NCBI RefSeq assembly: GCF_028641065.1
Contig: NC_073416.1
Span: 7,998,001 to 8,062,000 of the forward strand
Origin: Leucoraja erinacea
Taxonomy: Eukaryota
DNA: 64,000 bases
Reading direction: 5' to 3'
The notes under the pieces are model-generated. The model was given only the letters and a program-made list of their open reading frames with translations, made no database searches and was not told the origin of the DNA. The position numbers and the translations under genes are program-made. Every line of letters starts with the position of its first letter. The stretch's first letter is position 1. This document shows, in pieces, positions 12,736 through 24,566 of this stretch.

Positions 12736-13130
12736 CTGTAAAGCAAGGAAACACATACAGACACAGTTCGTCAATGAATGTCAATAGCCTATTTGCAGAT
12801 GCGGACAGAGTCGCTGGGAACACTCCCAGCTTATTCTTTAATTTTCTTTATTGGATATGTTTTTCAAAAAGGACTGGCAGAAAGCCTTTTAAAAATTAGC
12901 GTTGACAAGCACGTGCATGGAATATTTAGCATGGAAATAGGTCTGATCTTTGCTGAATATTTACATTTCACACAAGCCTCCCACTCTTATCTTATTTCCA
13001 CCACCCCACCCCCCCCAACTTTCTCCCGCATTTATTTGATGTCCCGTTAAATGTGTATTTTCTCTCTCTGCCGCTGTGTTAGCGACGGCTATATCCTCAA
13101 TGCTTTCCACATCAACGCTCAAGACTGATT

Positions 13131-13166
<36 letters not shown>

Positions 13167-13211
13167 TTTTTTAAGGCTGCTTCAATGTGAACTGCTCCTA
13201 ATCTCAGCAGA

Positions 13212-13868
13212 CAGTAAACCCTTGTTATAACGGAACATAGAGGTGGGAATGGTGTCCATAATTGCCAATTGTCCAATATAACAGAGTATGATTTTATCAT
13301 TGTACGTAGCAGAAACAAACAACTGCAGTTGCTGGTTTACACAAAAGGATACAGAGTGCTGGAGTAACTCAGCGGGTCAGGCAGCATCTGTGGAGAATAT
13401 GGATAGGTGACGTTTCACAGAGTGCTGGAGTAACTCAGCGGGTCAGGCAGAATCTCTGGAGAACATGGATAGGTGACGTTTCACAGAGTGCTGGAGTAAC
13501 TCAGCGGGTCAGGCAGAATCTCTGGAGAACATGGATAGGTGATGTTTCAGGTCAAGACCCTTCATCAGACTCTCGGTCTGGAATCCAGGTGAGTTGGCGG
13601 CCGGGGAGAGGCGATGATTGGCGGAGTCAATGGTCGCGGGAGCGGAGGTAGGGGTCGGCAGTGGCAGGCACAGCTTGGAGGGGGTCGAGGAAGCTGTGCG
13701 GTCCAGGTGGCAGTAGTAGGTCCGACTTGGAAACGGCATGAGCCGGCAATGGCACGGGGCAGCCATGATGGCAGGGCAAGGGCCACCAGCTGGGAGCAGC
13801 TATCAGCAGCTCAGTCCATTATAACCAATATCCGTTATAAAGAGGTTGGTTAAAACCAGGGTTTATTG
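13212..13868. mobile_element. pogo/Tigger-like non-autonomous DNA element with a nested Penelope terminal repeat
   Basis: Imperfect TIRs CAGTAAACCCTTGTTATAAC / GTTAAAACCAGGGTTTATTG, followed by TA on the right. Confidence 0.55.
13351..13548. repeat. Three tandem 66-bp copies of a Penelope terminal-repeat segment
   Basis: acagagtgctggagtaactcagcgggtcaggcag... starts at 13351, 13417 and 13483. Confidence 0.9.
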
Positions 13869-14888
13869 TATGTATAATTTCAGCCAGAGTGGAGATTATA
13901 AATTCCTTTGTCAATCGAGCCTAATGATTGCACTGATGTCAGCGAAAATACCATTTGCATCCAACTGTGCCACTGAGCATTTTTTGAAGTAATGACCCTG
14001 CCTTTATTGGGATTAGTTACTGTCGTTTCTGACAGATGTTTCTTCCCCTCTTCAAGTGTTAGTTCAGTTTATTGTCACGTGTACAGAGGTACAGCGAAAA
14101 ACTGCGAGCTGTGATCCCACTCATCTGCTCCACCCGACCTCCACTCACACTCCCAACATCTCCCACCCCTTCAATAGACGGCAGCTTGTTCCAAAATCAA
14201 TCCGCACTAATATCAGGACTTTCTCCCAATTTCCATGCAATCGTTGTGTCAAGGTTGGGTGACAGCAATCGAGAATGGTTACCCTTCCCTCCAACACGAG
14301 TTCCAATGCTAAATACAGGTCCCTTAACACCAGCCCAACTGGAGTCTGAACAGGTGTTGTTCCGGGGCTGAATAATGGAGGCAATGCGATTCAACCCTGC
14401 AATCTCTTCGAGTGGAGTTGGACAAGGGACCTGCTCTTTCTACATGGGTCTTCAAGAGGCAGCTTGGAATGTACAGTCAAGGTCAGTTATAGCAGGTGCA
14501 TTGATGGAAATTAAACCTTGCCCTGTGTAAGTGATGGCTGGCATTCCTGTGGTGCTGCATGAAGTCTGGATTCAATGCAAACTTGGAGTAAAATCATTAT
14601 AAGAGCACAAGAAGGAATCCAGGGGTTCTAATTCTAATCGCAATTATTTCTAACTGCGATGGAGGACAGTCATTGGAACTTGACTTGAACTGGTTTATCG
14701 AGAGGTTTAGTGCGCTGTGCATGGTCTACAGCTCCCTCACTAATGAGAAGCCTCTTATGAAGGAGCTTTATGAGGCCGCCATGCTGCAAAGCATCGGTTG
14801 TTGATCATACTCCACCCTGCACGTCACAGGTCATTTATAACTCCCTCAGTAGGAGAGCAACCACAGAAAACACATTGGCCATAACATT

Positions 14889-15054
14889 TAAGAAGGAACT
14901 GCAGATGCTGGAAAAATCCAAAGGTAGACAAAAATGCTGGAGAAACTCAGCGGGTAAGGCAGCATCTATGGAGTAAAGGAATAGGTGACATTTCATCCTT
15001 CGCTCCATAGATGCTGCCTCACCCGCTGAGTTTCTCAAGCATTTTAGTCTACCT
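14889..15054. mobile_element. Penelope-like fold-back insertion
   Basis: Inverted arms; 14-bp flanking duplication ttggccataacatt (14875-14888 and 15055-15068). Confidence 0.8.
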
Positions 15055-15810
15055 TTGGCCATAACATTACTCATTTGATCAGGTTTTTTGCTGAATTCCC
15101 AGTGACACCTCCCGAGGGAACTGGGTCCGATTGGTCCAGTTAGACTGTGCACAGCCTGCGTTGGTCCTACACCACTGACGCAAAGTGCAATGGCGTCTGA
15201 CGGCAGCCAACACTGGACAGCAAACACAACCTTGAACTGGAGTCTGCTCAGCTCCAGAGTTCATCCGTCCACCCACACGCTACTGGGGATCACCACGAAC
15301 GGCACAGACCTGCAGCCCCACATGTGGGCAGCTTAACCCGTTGATGAACCTTAATCTCACCAAGTTGCCAAATCACAATTTAATCTTCAAACAAACAAAT
15401 TTTGGGCTATTGGGAAGAGAAAAATAAAAGCAGGCACAAGTTTGTTCCACGTGCGGGAACACAGATGATCAAGCATAGCCCAAAACAAAGCATTGAGACA
15501 CAAATGTGAAGCTGGAACTATTTGCCTTTAGTGTCTGTGCGTTTTGGTTGATAGAAGCAACTGCCCATTTTAAACATGGGTCGTTCACATAGTGTGACTG
15601 TAGTGCCTCAATAGAGGAGGGATGTGGTGCTATTTATATCGATCAAACTTCCTGGGAGCAGAAGAATAAAAAGGGAAAAGGAGGATGTAATTTACAGTCA
15701 TCGAGGTCAGTCCTTGAGGTGCAAGATAGACATCCACAATTTAGAAAATACAAGCCCTCGGGATAGTTCAGCCACCATCTCTCGTTGGCCATGAGGCATC
15801 AAGCACCCAC

Positions 15811-15946
15811 CTGCTCTGCCAGCTGATGTTTGTGCTCAGCTGAAGACTTCTCCAGCTCCGCTATTTTCCCCTGTTGCTGAAACACCACAGTGCGAAGATG
15901 TTTGATGCAGTTGTGGTTCGGCAGCTCATCTTTGGGCATTTCTAAG
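15811..15946 (-). CDS. RNF41: RNF41 coding exon 3
   Basis: CAG|C acceptor; LEMPKDELPNHNCIKHLRTVVFQQQGKIAELEKSSAEHKHQLAEQ; CAG|GTGGGT donor; 136 nt. Confidence 0.97.
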
Positions 15947-16929
15947 CTGAAAGGCGGTGAGAATAAAAACTGGTAAAACAGCAAAAACAAGCTTATTTCT
16001 AAAGTGAACTATCTAGGTTCAAACCTGTAAGTTACTGAAGTCACATTTCTAATTGTGCTCATTTGAAAGGGCAGAGGATAATAGTGGTCAATGTACACAA
16101 TCACAAGCAGCAACTAACACCATGACAACTAATCTGTTGAAAGAAGGAACTGTAAATGCTGGTTTACACCATAGACATAAAGTGCTGGAGTAATTCAACA
16201 TCTCTTGAGGGTGATGTTTCGGGGCGGGAACCTTCTTCAGACTGAACGTACGGGGTGTGAGGGTTAAGAACAGGTGGCGAGAAAAGACCAGGTCCCATCG
16301 AGGCTTGTCACAAATCACCTCGTAGGAAGTTACTTGGCTACAATAATGACCGGCACACAAAATTGAGACACGATTGCCCTGACATTTAAAGATCTTTCTC
16401 TACCTGTACACCCTCTTTTATTGAAGATAGCAGCACTTGAATAATTGTCTGATGCACAGTGCACTAACTGAATATTTTACTCCATAAATCGCATATTTTT
16501 AAACGGGAATTAGGTTTAACTGTGATGCCTGTGTTTGTTCCCCCGTGGACTGCTAGCACAGACTCATTGCAGAAGCACAGCATTGAGACAAGCCCCCGGC
16601 ACTTCAGAGCCTCAGCTTCACGCACAAGTGCAGCTTGGCATTTGCTTTAGTCCTTTCCAAATTGAAGTGCATCTTATTAAATATTTACATCCCATCCCTG
16701 TAGACGCAAATAACAGAATTTTGCAATGTTAGTTTTGAAAATTAAAGCACCTATAACAGCTTCAAGACGCAATGTGACCAAAAACATCTTTCTTCAGAAG
16801 AGTTCTGCTCTGGAATTTAACTCGATTTAAGATGCACTTATTCGGCAGCTCCCAAGTATGTCATCAAGAAGCCAATAGGTACTCCAGCCCATGGGTCCTT
16901 TTTGTTGTTAAAGCAGCATCTGCAGTTCC

Positions 16930-17390
16930 TACCTGATCTCCCGGTTGCTAAACACTTTAATTCTCCTTCCCATTCCCACACTGACCTTCCTGTCCCAGGT
17001 CTCCTCCGTTGTCAGAGTGAGGCTAAACGCTAATTGGAGGTACAGCATCTCATATGTCGTTTGGCAGCTTACAGCCCAGTGGTATGAATGTTGATTTCTC
17101 CGACTTCAAGTAGCCCTGGTATCTCCTCTCTTTATTCCTCCCCCACCCAAGTCGCACCAGCTTCTCATTGTCACCCAACAAACCGCTAATAATGGCCTGT
17201 TTCCTTTGTCATCGTTACTTTTTTTGCATATCTTTCATTCATTGTTCTTTATCTCTCTACATCATCGTCTATATCTCTCGTTTACCTTATCCCTAACCAG
17301 TCTGAAGGGCTTCGACCCGAAACGTCACCCATTCCCTCTCTCCAGAGATGCTGCCTGTCCCGTTGAGTTACTCCAGCTTTGCGTCTATCT
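16930..17390 (+). mobile_element. Penelope-like element 3' fragment
   Basis: Degraded end of the GIY-YIG domain (PDLPVAKHFNSPSHSH...) followed by the terminal repeat. Confidence 0.75.
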
Positions 17391-17439
17391 GCTGTTCCTT
17401 GCTCCTACACCATCACTGTCTGCACACCAAATAACTCAC

Positions 17440-17711
17440 CCACATCCTTGTTCGCACGTCACGGGTCGCTTGGGATTGTGTTCGCAGTCGTTGAGGTGGG
17501 AGGTGAGCTGGTCGAGCCGCACCACAGCCGTGCAGCCGAAGCTGGCGTTGTCGCATGTGATCTGCAGTTTGGACAGCATGTTCCGCATGATGCGGGGAAC
17601 GGGCCGCAGGTGGGCTAGAGTGACGACACTGCGGTCCACCGGGCACGTCTGCTGTTGGGAGAACCATTGGGTGATACAGGCATTGCAAAATGCATGCTCA
17701 CAGTGTGGAGC
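17440..17711 (-). CDS. RNF41: RNF41 coding exon 2 (second half of the RING finger and the zinc-binding region)
   Basis: CAG|GCT acceptor; APHCEHAFCNACITQWFSQQQTCPVDR...CEHNPKRPVTCEQGCG; GG|GTGAGT donor; 272 nt. Confidence 0.97.
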
Positions 17712-17779
17712 CTGGGAGGAAGCAGAGGAGACAGCAAGTGAACCAACACTGCCTTATCATGTATCTATACACTATAAAC

Positions 17780-18161
17780 CAAAGATCCTATAGCGAGCAA
17801 GATAGATCACTCGACGAAAAAGACGTAGTACGGTCATGGGCAGATTCATGGGTAATTTTAGGCCCCATTTCCGTAAACCAGCACCAAAGATCCCATAGCG
17901 GAGCTAGTGCGGAGACGGAAGCCGGTTATGGAGACATCCTTGTAAAAATAAAAGTTATTTGGTAAAATTCGTCTCCTCATTTTCAGAATTATAATTTATT
18001 AAAACAAACTGTCCCCCCCCGCAACATTGTTTACACTGCGAGTCAGGTCGGGTTACTGAAATGGATGAAAAAAAGGCCCACGTTCCGCTCCGTTGCGTAC
18101 TACACGTCAGCCCATTGATTTTAGCAGGAGTGGTCTATCTTGCTCCGCTATAGGATCTTTG
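17780..18161. mobile_element. MITE with about 33-bp TIRs and an 8-bp TSD (P- or hAT-like)
   Basis: CAAAGATCCTATAGCG-AGCAAGATAGATCACTC versus GAGTGGTCTATCTTGCTCCGCTATAGGATCTTTG; flanks ctataaac / ctatcaac; it interrupts a LINE tail that is continuous at 30895-31015. Confidence 0.85.
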
Positions 18162-19168
18162 CTATCAACAGCTCAATTGTAATCCTGTATTGTCTTTCCG
18201 CTGACTGGTTAGCACGCAACAAAAGCTTTTCACTGTACCTCGGTACACGTGACAATAAACTAAACCGAAACACATACGCAGCAGCACAAGTCACTTGGAA
18301 ATCTCATCCGCAGCGACCCAGTTTAAAAGCACTCTGGCTCTATTCAATAAAACTGACCCACTACCATAAATACATATGCCTGTAAATCTGTGATGTGATC
18401 ACATGTATACGTTGCCTGCACAGGAAGAAATGGAAGATATTTCACTTGTGCTGCCTCCCCAAACCAACTTTCTTCACAAGGTTCAAAAATAACATCAGCC
18501 GGATGCGAGAGCTGCTTTGATTCAAGGTTAAAGGGGAGAGAGCCTGCAGTGTTGTCAAGAAGCCAACTTTGAATGATGCAGTCAGCTTCAAAGTGCCACA
18601 GTTCCACAGATGCTATGAGAATCTTTTGAAAGGCAGGACATCGTTTTTGTTATTAGGATTAAATCAACACACCACAGGAAAGTACATACCAATTTATGAA
18701 ATAGGGGAGAAAGGGAGAGGGAAAATACTCCGCACTCCTCACCTTCATGAAACCAATTTCAGAATAGCTCACTTGGCATTGAGCCGGGAGAAATTCTCAC
18801 ATCATCATCCCCCCACTAGTAAAATCTGGAGCAGCAATTCAACAGCTGGGATAAAACTGGAGAGCTCAAGAGCAAGTATTGATTTTTCCATTCCTATTTC
18901 CTTCGCTCCATAGATGCTACCGCACCCACTGAGTTTCTCCAGCAATTTTGTCTACCTTCGATTTTCCAGCATCTGCAGTTCCATCTTGAACAGGGGGGAC
19001 CACACTGGAGGTATGGGCAGGTACAGAACAACGCAGGGCCTGGATCCATGACTCGGGACAGGTGGAGCCCACAATGGTGCATTGTTGGCTGGAGAGAAGG
19101 TGATAACGAAGGAATACCAACGGTGAAATGAGCATGATGATTTTATTATTGCTGCATCAGTTAGCCAT

Positions 19169-19205
<37 letters not shown>

Positions 19206-19769
19206 GAGAAAGAAAGAGAGAAAGAGACAGGGACATCAACTTCCTACCTGGAAAGATTCTAAAGCTTCCTCCCTCTGATGGCTGGTCGTTCTCACAGTTC
19301 TTCGGGCAGGAAATCACTATCTAGCTCTATTGCTTTTACAATAACCGCATTCTCATAAAGCTGTCCTTGTACCTAGTCATTTATTTTCATGGCAGATCAC
19401 TAGAACTACCTGCTATCAATCCAAATAACCCTGAATCAGAGCAACAGTGTTATTGTATTAAATTCCTGTTGTTAATAAAAAGCCAATTCACTGAAGAGCG
19501 GGGATGATTAGGTTGACATACGATGAGCGTTTTTTTTATGGCGCTGGACCTGTCCTCATTGGAGTTTAAGAAAGAACTGCAGATGCCGGTAAAATCAAAG
19601 GTAGACGCAAAATGCTGGAGAAACTCAGCAGGCGAGGCAGCATCTATGGAGAGAAGGAATTATCGATGTTTCGGGTAGAGAAATATTTGACAAATTGTAA
19701 GCTCAATTCAAAAGGACAAAGCCTTGCGACCACACAGCCAACACTGGCCTTTCTCAACGAGGAGCAGGT

Positions 19770-20015
19770 TAGTTTAGAGAGGCAGCGGGGAAACAGGCCC
19801 TTCGGCCCACACTGACCAATGATCCCCGTACTATCCTACACTAGGGACAATTTACAATTATACCAAGCCAATTAGCCTACAAACCAAAGCATCCATAGAA
19901 AACCCACACAGGGCCACAAGAAGAACATACAAACTCCATATACATAGCACCCGCAGTCAGGATGGAACCTGGGTCTCTGGAGCTGCGAGGCAGCAACTCA
20001 ACTGCTGCACCACCC
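19770..20015 (-). mobile_element. HE1-type SINE
   Basis: Similar to the other copies (ggaaacaggcccttcggcccac ... cagcaactc). Confidence 0.75.
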
Positions 20016-20324
20016 TTTTATTGGTAGATTTATTGACATCAGGAGAGCTAACAGCACAGGCTATCCGATGCAACAAATATGTTCTGCTTATAGATTTAAA
20101 GGGCCAGAGAGATTCCTAGTGTACTGGACTCACTGCTCCACCATAGCCCCTCCAGGGGGCCCCCCTCATTTCTAATGACATCGCGGATGCCACTATATTC
20201 AACTGCAACATTCAACAACGTTGCATTGTCGTGGTTGACATGGATAAACCATAAATAATGATACATTGGTCTAGTTTTAACAGAGGACGCGTGCTTTCAA
20301 AGTTAACTTTGAAAGTACAAACAT

Positions 20325-20710
20325 TTTTAAGGGGTTACAAAATTCTTAAGGGGTTGGACAGGCTAGATGCAGGAAGATTGTTCCCGATGTTGGGGAAGTC
20401 CAGGACAAAGGGTCACAGCTTAAGGATAAGGAGGAAATCCTTTAAAACTGAGATGAGAAGAACTTTTTTCACACAGACAGTGGTGAATCTCTGGAACTCT
20501 CTGCTACAGAGGGTAGTTGAGGCCAGTTCATTGGCTATATTTAAGAGGGAGTTAGATGTGGCCGTTGTGGCTAAGGGGATCAGGGGGTATGGAGAGAAGG
20601 CAGGTACGGGATATCGAGTTGGATGATCAGCCATGATCATATTGAATGGTGAATGGTGCAGGCTGGAAGGGCCAAATGGCCTACTCCTGCACCTAATTTC
20701 TATGTTTCTA
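20325..20710 (+). mobile_element. CR1/HER1 LINE 3' end
   Basis: YKILKGLDRLDAGRLFPMLGKSRTKGHSLRI...NLWNSL...FKRELD plus the 3' UTR. Confidence 0.9.
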
Positions 20711-20733
20711 TAACTTGCCTTCTCTGTTCCAAA

Positions 20734-20906
20734 GTGGACAAAAGTGCTGGAGAAACTCAGCAGGTGCAGCAGCATCTATGGAATGAAGGAAATGGGCAAC
20801 GTTGCCTATTTCCTTCACTCCATAGATGCTGCTGCACCCACTGAGTTTCCCCAGCACTTTTGTCTACCTTCGATTTTCCAGCATCTGCAGTTCCTTCTTA
20901 AACAAA
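20734..20906. mobile_element. Penelope-like fold-back insertion
   Basis: Inverted arms; 14-bp duplication ttctctgttccaaa (20720-20733 and 20907-20920). Confidence 0.8.
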
Positions 20907-21414
20907 TTCTCTGTTCCAAACCCAGGAGAGGGGTGGAAAAACCTATTGATTTTTTTGGCTGCTTTGTTGTAATGTTGCACAGAGCACTCGGTTTCTATTT
21001 AAAACTTCTGCTCAGCCAAGAGATCGTATGTGACTATGCAACATTGAGAGCATCCCCCACCTCCTGACGATGCAGATTTCTGACGCAGCATAGCTGCAGT
21101 CGTTCGGACTCTGCATCAATAGATAACACGGAGCCAGAAGGCTTGGACAGCCAGCCCCTCCCCGTTTACACTCACTCAAACAACCTCTCTCTTTCCCCCC
21201 CCCCCCCCCCCCCCACACACAGAAATTAAATCAGAAGCAAGCACAAGCAGCCCAATTAGTTGTGTCGGTGTGCTCCAAACTTTAACATGCAAGATTCACA
21301 GGAGCGTTAGTTAGTGCCTCAAGCATCGGACTCCGTTGCAAGGTGTTTCACAGCCGAACAGTTTGCCAGGGCTATACCAACTCCACCACCCCAACCAAAT
21401 AGGTGTTTACTCAC

Positions 21415-21504
21415 CTGCACAGGTTCTTCCAAAACTCCGCTACAAATTGGGCAAATCAAATCTTCATCTACCTCCCCCTGAAAGCGGTTGACATCGTACC
21501 CCAT
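21415..21504 (-). CDS. RNF41: RNF41 coding exon 1 (start codon, first half of the RING finger)
   Basis: gccATGG context; MGYDVNRFQGEVDEDLICPICSGVLEEPVQ; CAG|GTGAGT donor; likely acceptor at 21534/21533. Confidence 0.97.
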
Positions 21505-22850
21505 GGCTCATACTGCAACAGGCTCAGGACGTTCTGGTGGAAGAAAAACTGCAAGACGGTGCTTACTTACAATAAGTTTCACCACTTAGCATTAAAAAAA
21601 ATAATAATAACTTTCAAAAAGTGAGGTACATGAAACACATTAAAATCCTCACTCCTGGTATGTTAATGCATTGTCAGATTGAGAATTTTTTTTCTAAAAT
21701 AGGAAGACTTGGAGGAAATTTTTACTGCATTCAATAATAACGGAACTCAGTCTCATTTCACCCCAAATCTTAAGCCGTGAACCCCAAATCCAACTTTGCT
21801 TGTTCCCGTACCGTCCTGTTCCACATCACCCCAACTAAAGATTTGTGCTCCTGCTTCTCGTCAAGCTCAGCTCTGCTCCCAGTATCCAATAACCCGCACT
21901 TGCGCTGCATCTTACCATTTCCAAAGACTCTTTTAGTCAATGTTGTTTGCGTACAGGGCCCCTTTCAAAAGCAAAAACCTCTCAGTCACGTTGAAAGCTC
22001 AGCGACTCAGCGCTCATCAGCCCAAGCAAAACAGGGTGAAAGAGAGACAGCCAGCAGGACGCGGCTTTTATGCAGCACTCTGCACGACGGCAGCTACGTC
22101 GTCATTAAAAATAATGGATATGTCCTGGGCTGGAAGCTAGCCAAAGGCTGGAGAGGAATTCAAGCAAAGTAAACATCCCCTGCTCCTCACATCGCTGCAA
22201 GAGCCTCACTGCTCCTCAAATACCCTGCCTTCTGATGTGCTCATGTAGACTAAAGCAGGGGGAGCAACAAACGGGCAAATTCCACTGGCATCATCTCTCC
22301 ATAGGTCACAAAGATAACATAACCCCCATGCGTCATCGCCTCTATGGCTGAACTCGGGAAAGTCATTACAAGAGCATTAGTGGAACAGACAGATCACTTG
22401 CCTTATCCACACTCAGTACTCAAGTTGATTTGCACAACACAATGCTTTTTCTTTAAAAATTGTGTCATCAAGTCTTAAACAACAGCCACCGTACAATTTG
22501 AAACATCGGAACTATAGATAGACAGGGAGAGTTTCTCCTCCTTCAGAAACAAACTTTATAAGGGTATGGACGGGAGGATCAAACTTAACTGTGATGCGTA
22601 ACAAATGCCACGCAGTCTCCGTACCCTTTATATAGCAGCAAGAAGTTTTGTACTGTTGATGGGGTCAGTTTTCAAATGACACAAGACAGCCTGGTCACCA
22701 TCACCAATATATTGTTATCAGGCAGCTGAATCATCCTACCACAACCAGAGAGCAGTGCTGAACTACTATCTACCTCTTCGGTGGCCCTCGGATTATCCTT
22801 GATCGGACTTTGCTGGCTTTACCTTGCACTACACGTTATTCCCTTATCAT

Positions 22851-23090
22851 GGTAGACAAAAGTGCTGGAGAATCTCAGCGGGTGCAGCAGCATCTATGGA
22901 GCAAAGGAAATAGGCAACGTTTCAGGCCGAAACCCAGGGGTTTCGGCCCGAAACGTTGCCGATTTCCTTCAGGGTTTCAGCCCGAAACGTTGCCCATTTC
23001 CTTCACTTCATAGATGCTGCTGCATCCGCTGAGTTTCTCCAGCACTTTTGTCTACCTTCGATTTTCCAGCATCTGCAGTTCCTTCTTAAA
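22851..23090. mobile_element. Penelope-like fold-back insertion with an internal duplication
   Basis: Inverted arms of about 90 bp, with repeated gggtttc..cccgaaacgttgcc units. Confidence 0.8.
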
Positions 23091-23400
23091 TAAATATAAA
23101 AGGATTTATTCTACAAAATTTGGATTCATTCAAAAGGCCGCACATAATGGCCTAGAAGGTTCCCCACCCCTGGACTGGAGTGTCAATAGAGTGTTTTCAT
23201 GCTGAAGTGAGGAGAATGAGGCAAGCACAGAGCCGACAGAGGGCCAGATCAATAGATTTTGCCCGCCCACAACTCCAGATTTAATTAATTTGGGGTGATT
23301 CTCAGAATCCTGTAGCACAGATGGTTATCATTCCATGAATTGCATCAACGTTGCAGCTTAGAAGACCCTTCCAACTAGTTCATCCCCATAATCACATATA

Positions 23401-23530
23401 CAGTGCCCTCCATAATGTTTGGGACAAAGTCCCATCATTTATTTATTGCCTTTGTACTCCACAATTTTAGATTTGTAATAGGAATTTTTTTTTTTTTTTT
23501 TAATCACGTGGTTAAAGTGCATATTGTCAA
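23401..23530 (+). mobile_element. Tc1/mariner left-end fragment
   Basis: TA followed by CAGTGCCCTCCATAATGTTTGGGACAAA, typical of a Tc1 terminus; no partner TIR seen. Confidence 0.6.
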
Positions 23531-23971
23531 CTCCCACCCCGACCTTCTACATCCGACATAAAACCTTGCTGTTGGGTTGTGCCTTTTGTAACGTCCCAAA
23601 GCACTTTATTGCCGTGAGCAGCTTGCATTGGCTGCAATACAAGATAGCAGCCAGTCTGCATAAAAATAAAATGTGAGCAATTGGTGAATATTTTTGCCTG
23701 GTGTCTAGGCAACAGTCAGAGAGAGTCATCCTTGGTCTCCGTCCCATAAGGTAGGAATATTAAAGACGCAAACAGCTGACATGATCTGCGCGAATGAAAT
23801 ATCAATAACCATGTGAATTAGCGCTGCTGCAAGCATGCAGCATTCTCAGGAGATTTGCCCATTCCTAGATTCTCTACAACCAAAATATTTGTTTCCCGGC
23901 TCTAAAGCAAAAGGAGATGAACCCCCACTTTTCACAAGCAAGAACTGTGGATAACATACTCGGGGGTGGAA

Positions 23972-24101
23972 NNNNNNNNNNNNNNNNNNNNNNNNNNNNN
24001 NNNNNNNNNNNNNNNNNNNNNNNNNNNNNNNNNNNNNNNNNNNNNNNNNNNNNNNNNNNNNNNNNNNNNNNNNNNNNNNNNNNNNNNNNNNNNNNNNNNN
24101 N
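23972..24101. other. Assembly gap (130 N)
   Basis: Run of n characters. Confidence 1.
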
Positions 24102-24533
24102 GTTTGGAAGGTGGGGGATGATCCCCTTCATGTTTTGTAATCCGGATTTTAAAATCCGTATGAAAAGCGGTGAAATCTCCGCTATCCGCGAGACAGTGGA
24201 GGTGGGACTGATGATCGAGGGCGCCAATTGGACGAGAGAGACGTCGGTCAGCATGCAATGGGGGCGGGACCATGATAATGGAGGGTGGGACTGAGGAGAG
24301 AGCACGGTGATTGGTGGAGGGAGACGTCCGTGGGGCAAAGATCAGAGCAGAACTTGATTTGCGTGCTCAGGTCAAGCGAAAAATGCTTGGCAGCCCTGGA
24401 CACAGACCTGCGCCTCATCCACGGCCAGGATCGATCCAGGGTCTCCAAACGCTGCCGCACTGCCACTGGACCAACCCCGTCCCCACCCGAATGTGTGAGT
24501 GTGAGCATGCGCACGCGGCCACCAAGAAATTGT

Positions 24534-24566
<33 letters not shown>

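Noticed and set aside
14655-14805. Short protein-looking frame (DLNWFIERFSALCMVYSSLTNEKPLMKELYEAAMLQSIGC) antisense within an RNF41 intron
   Set aside because: No recognisable family, it is short, and it lacks convincing splice sites; a tBLASTx search would be needed
17206-17793. 195-aa plus-strand ORF
   Set aside because: It is the antisense shadow of RNF41 exon 2 joined to a Penelope repeat
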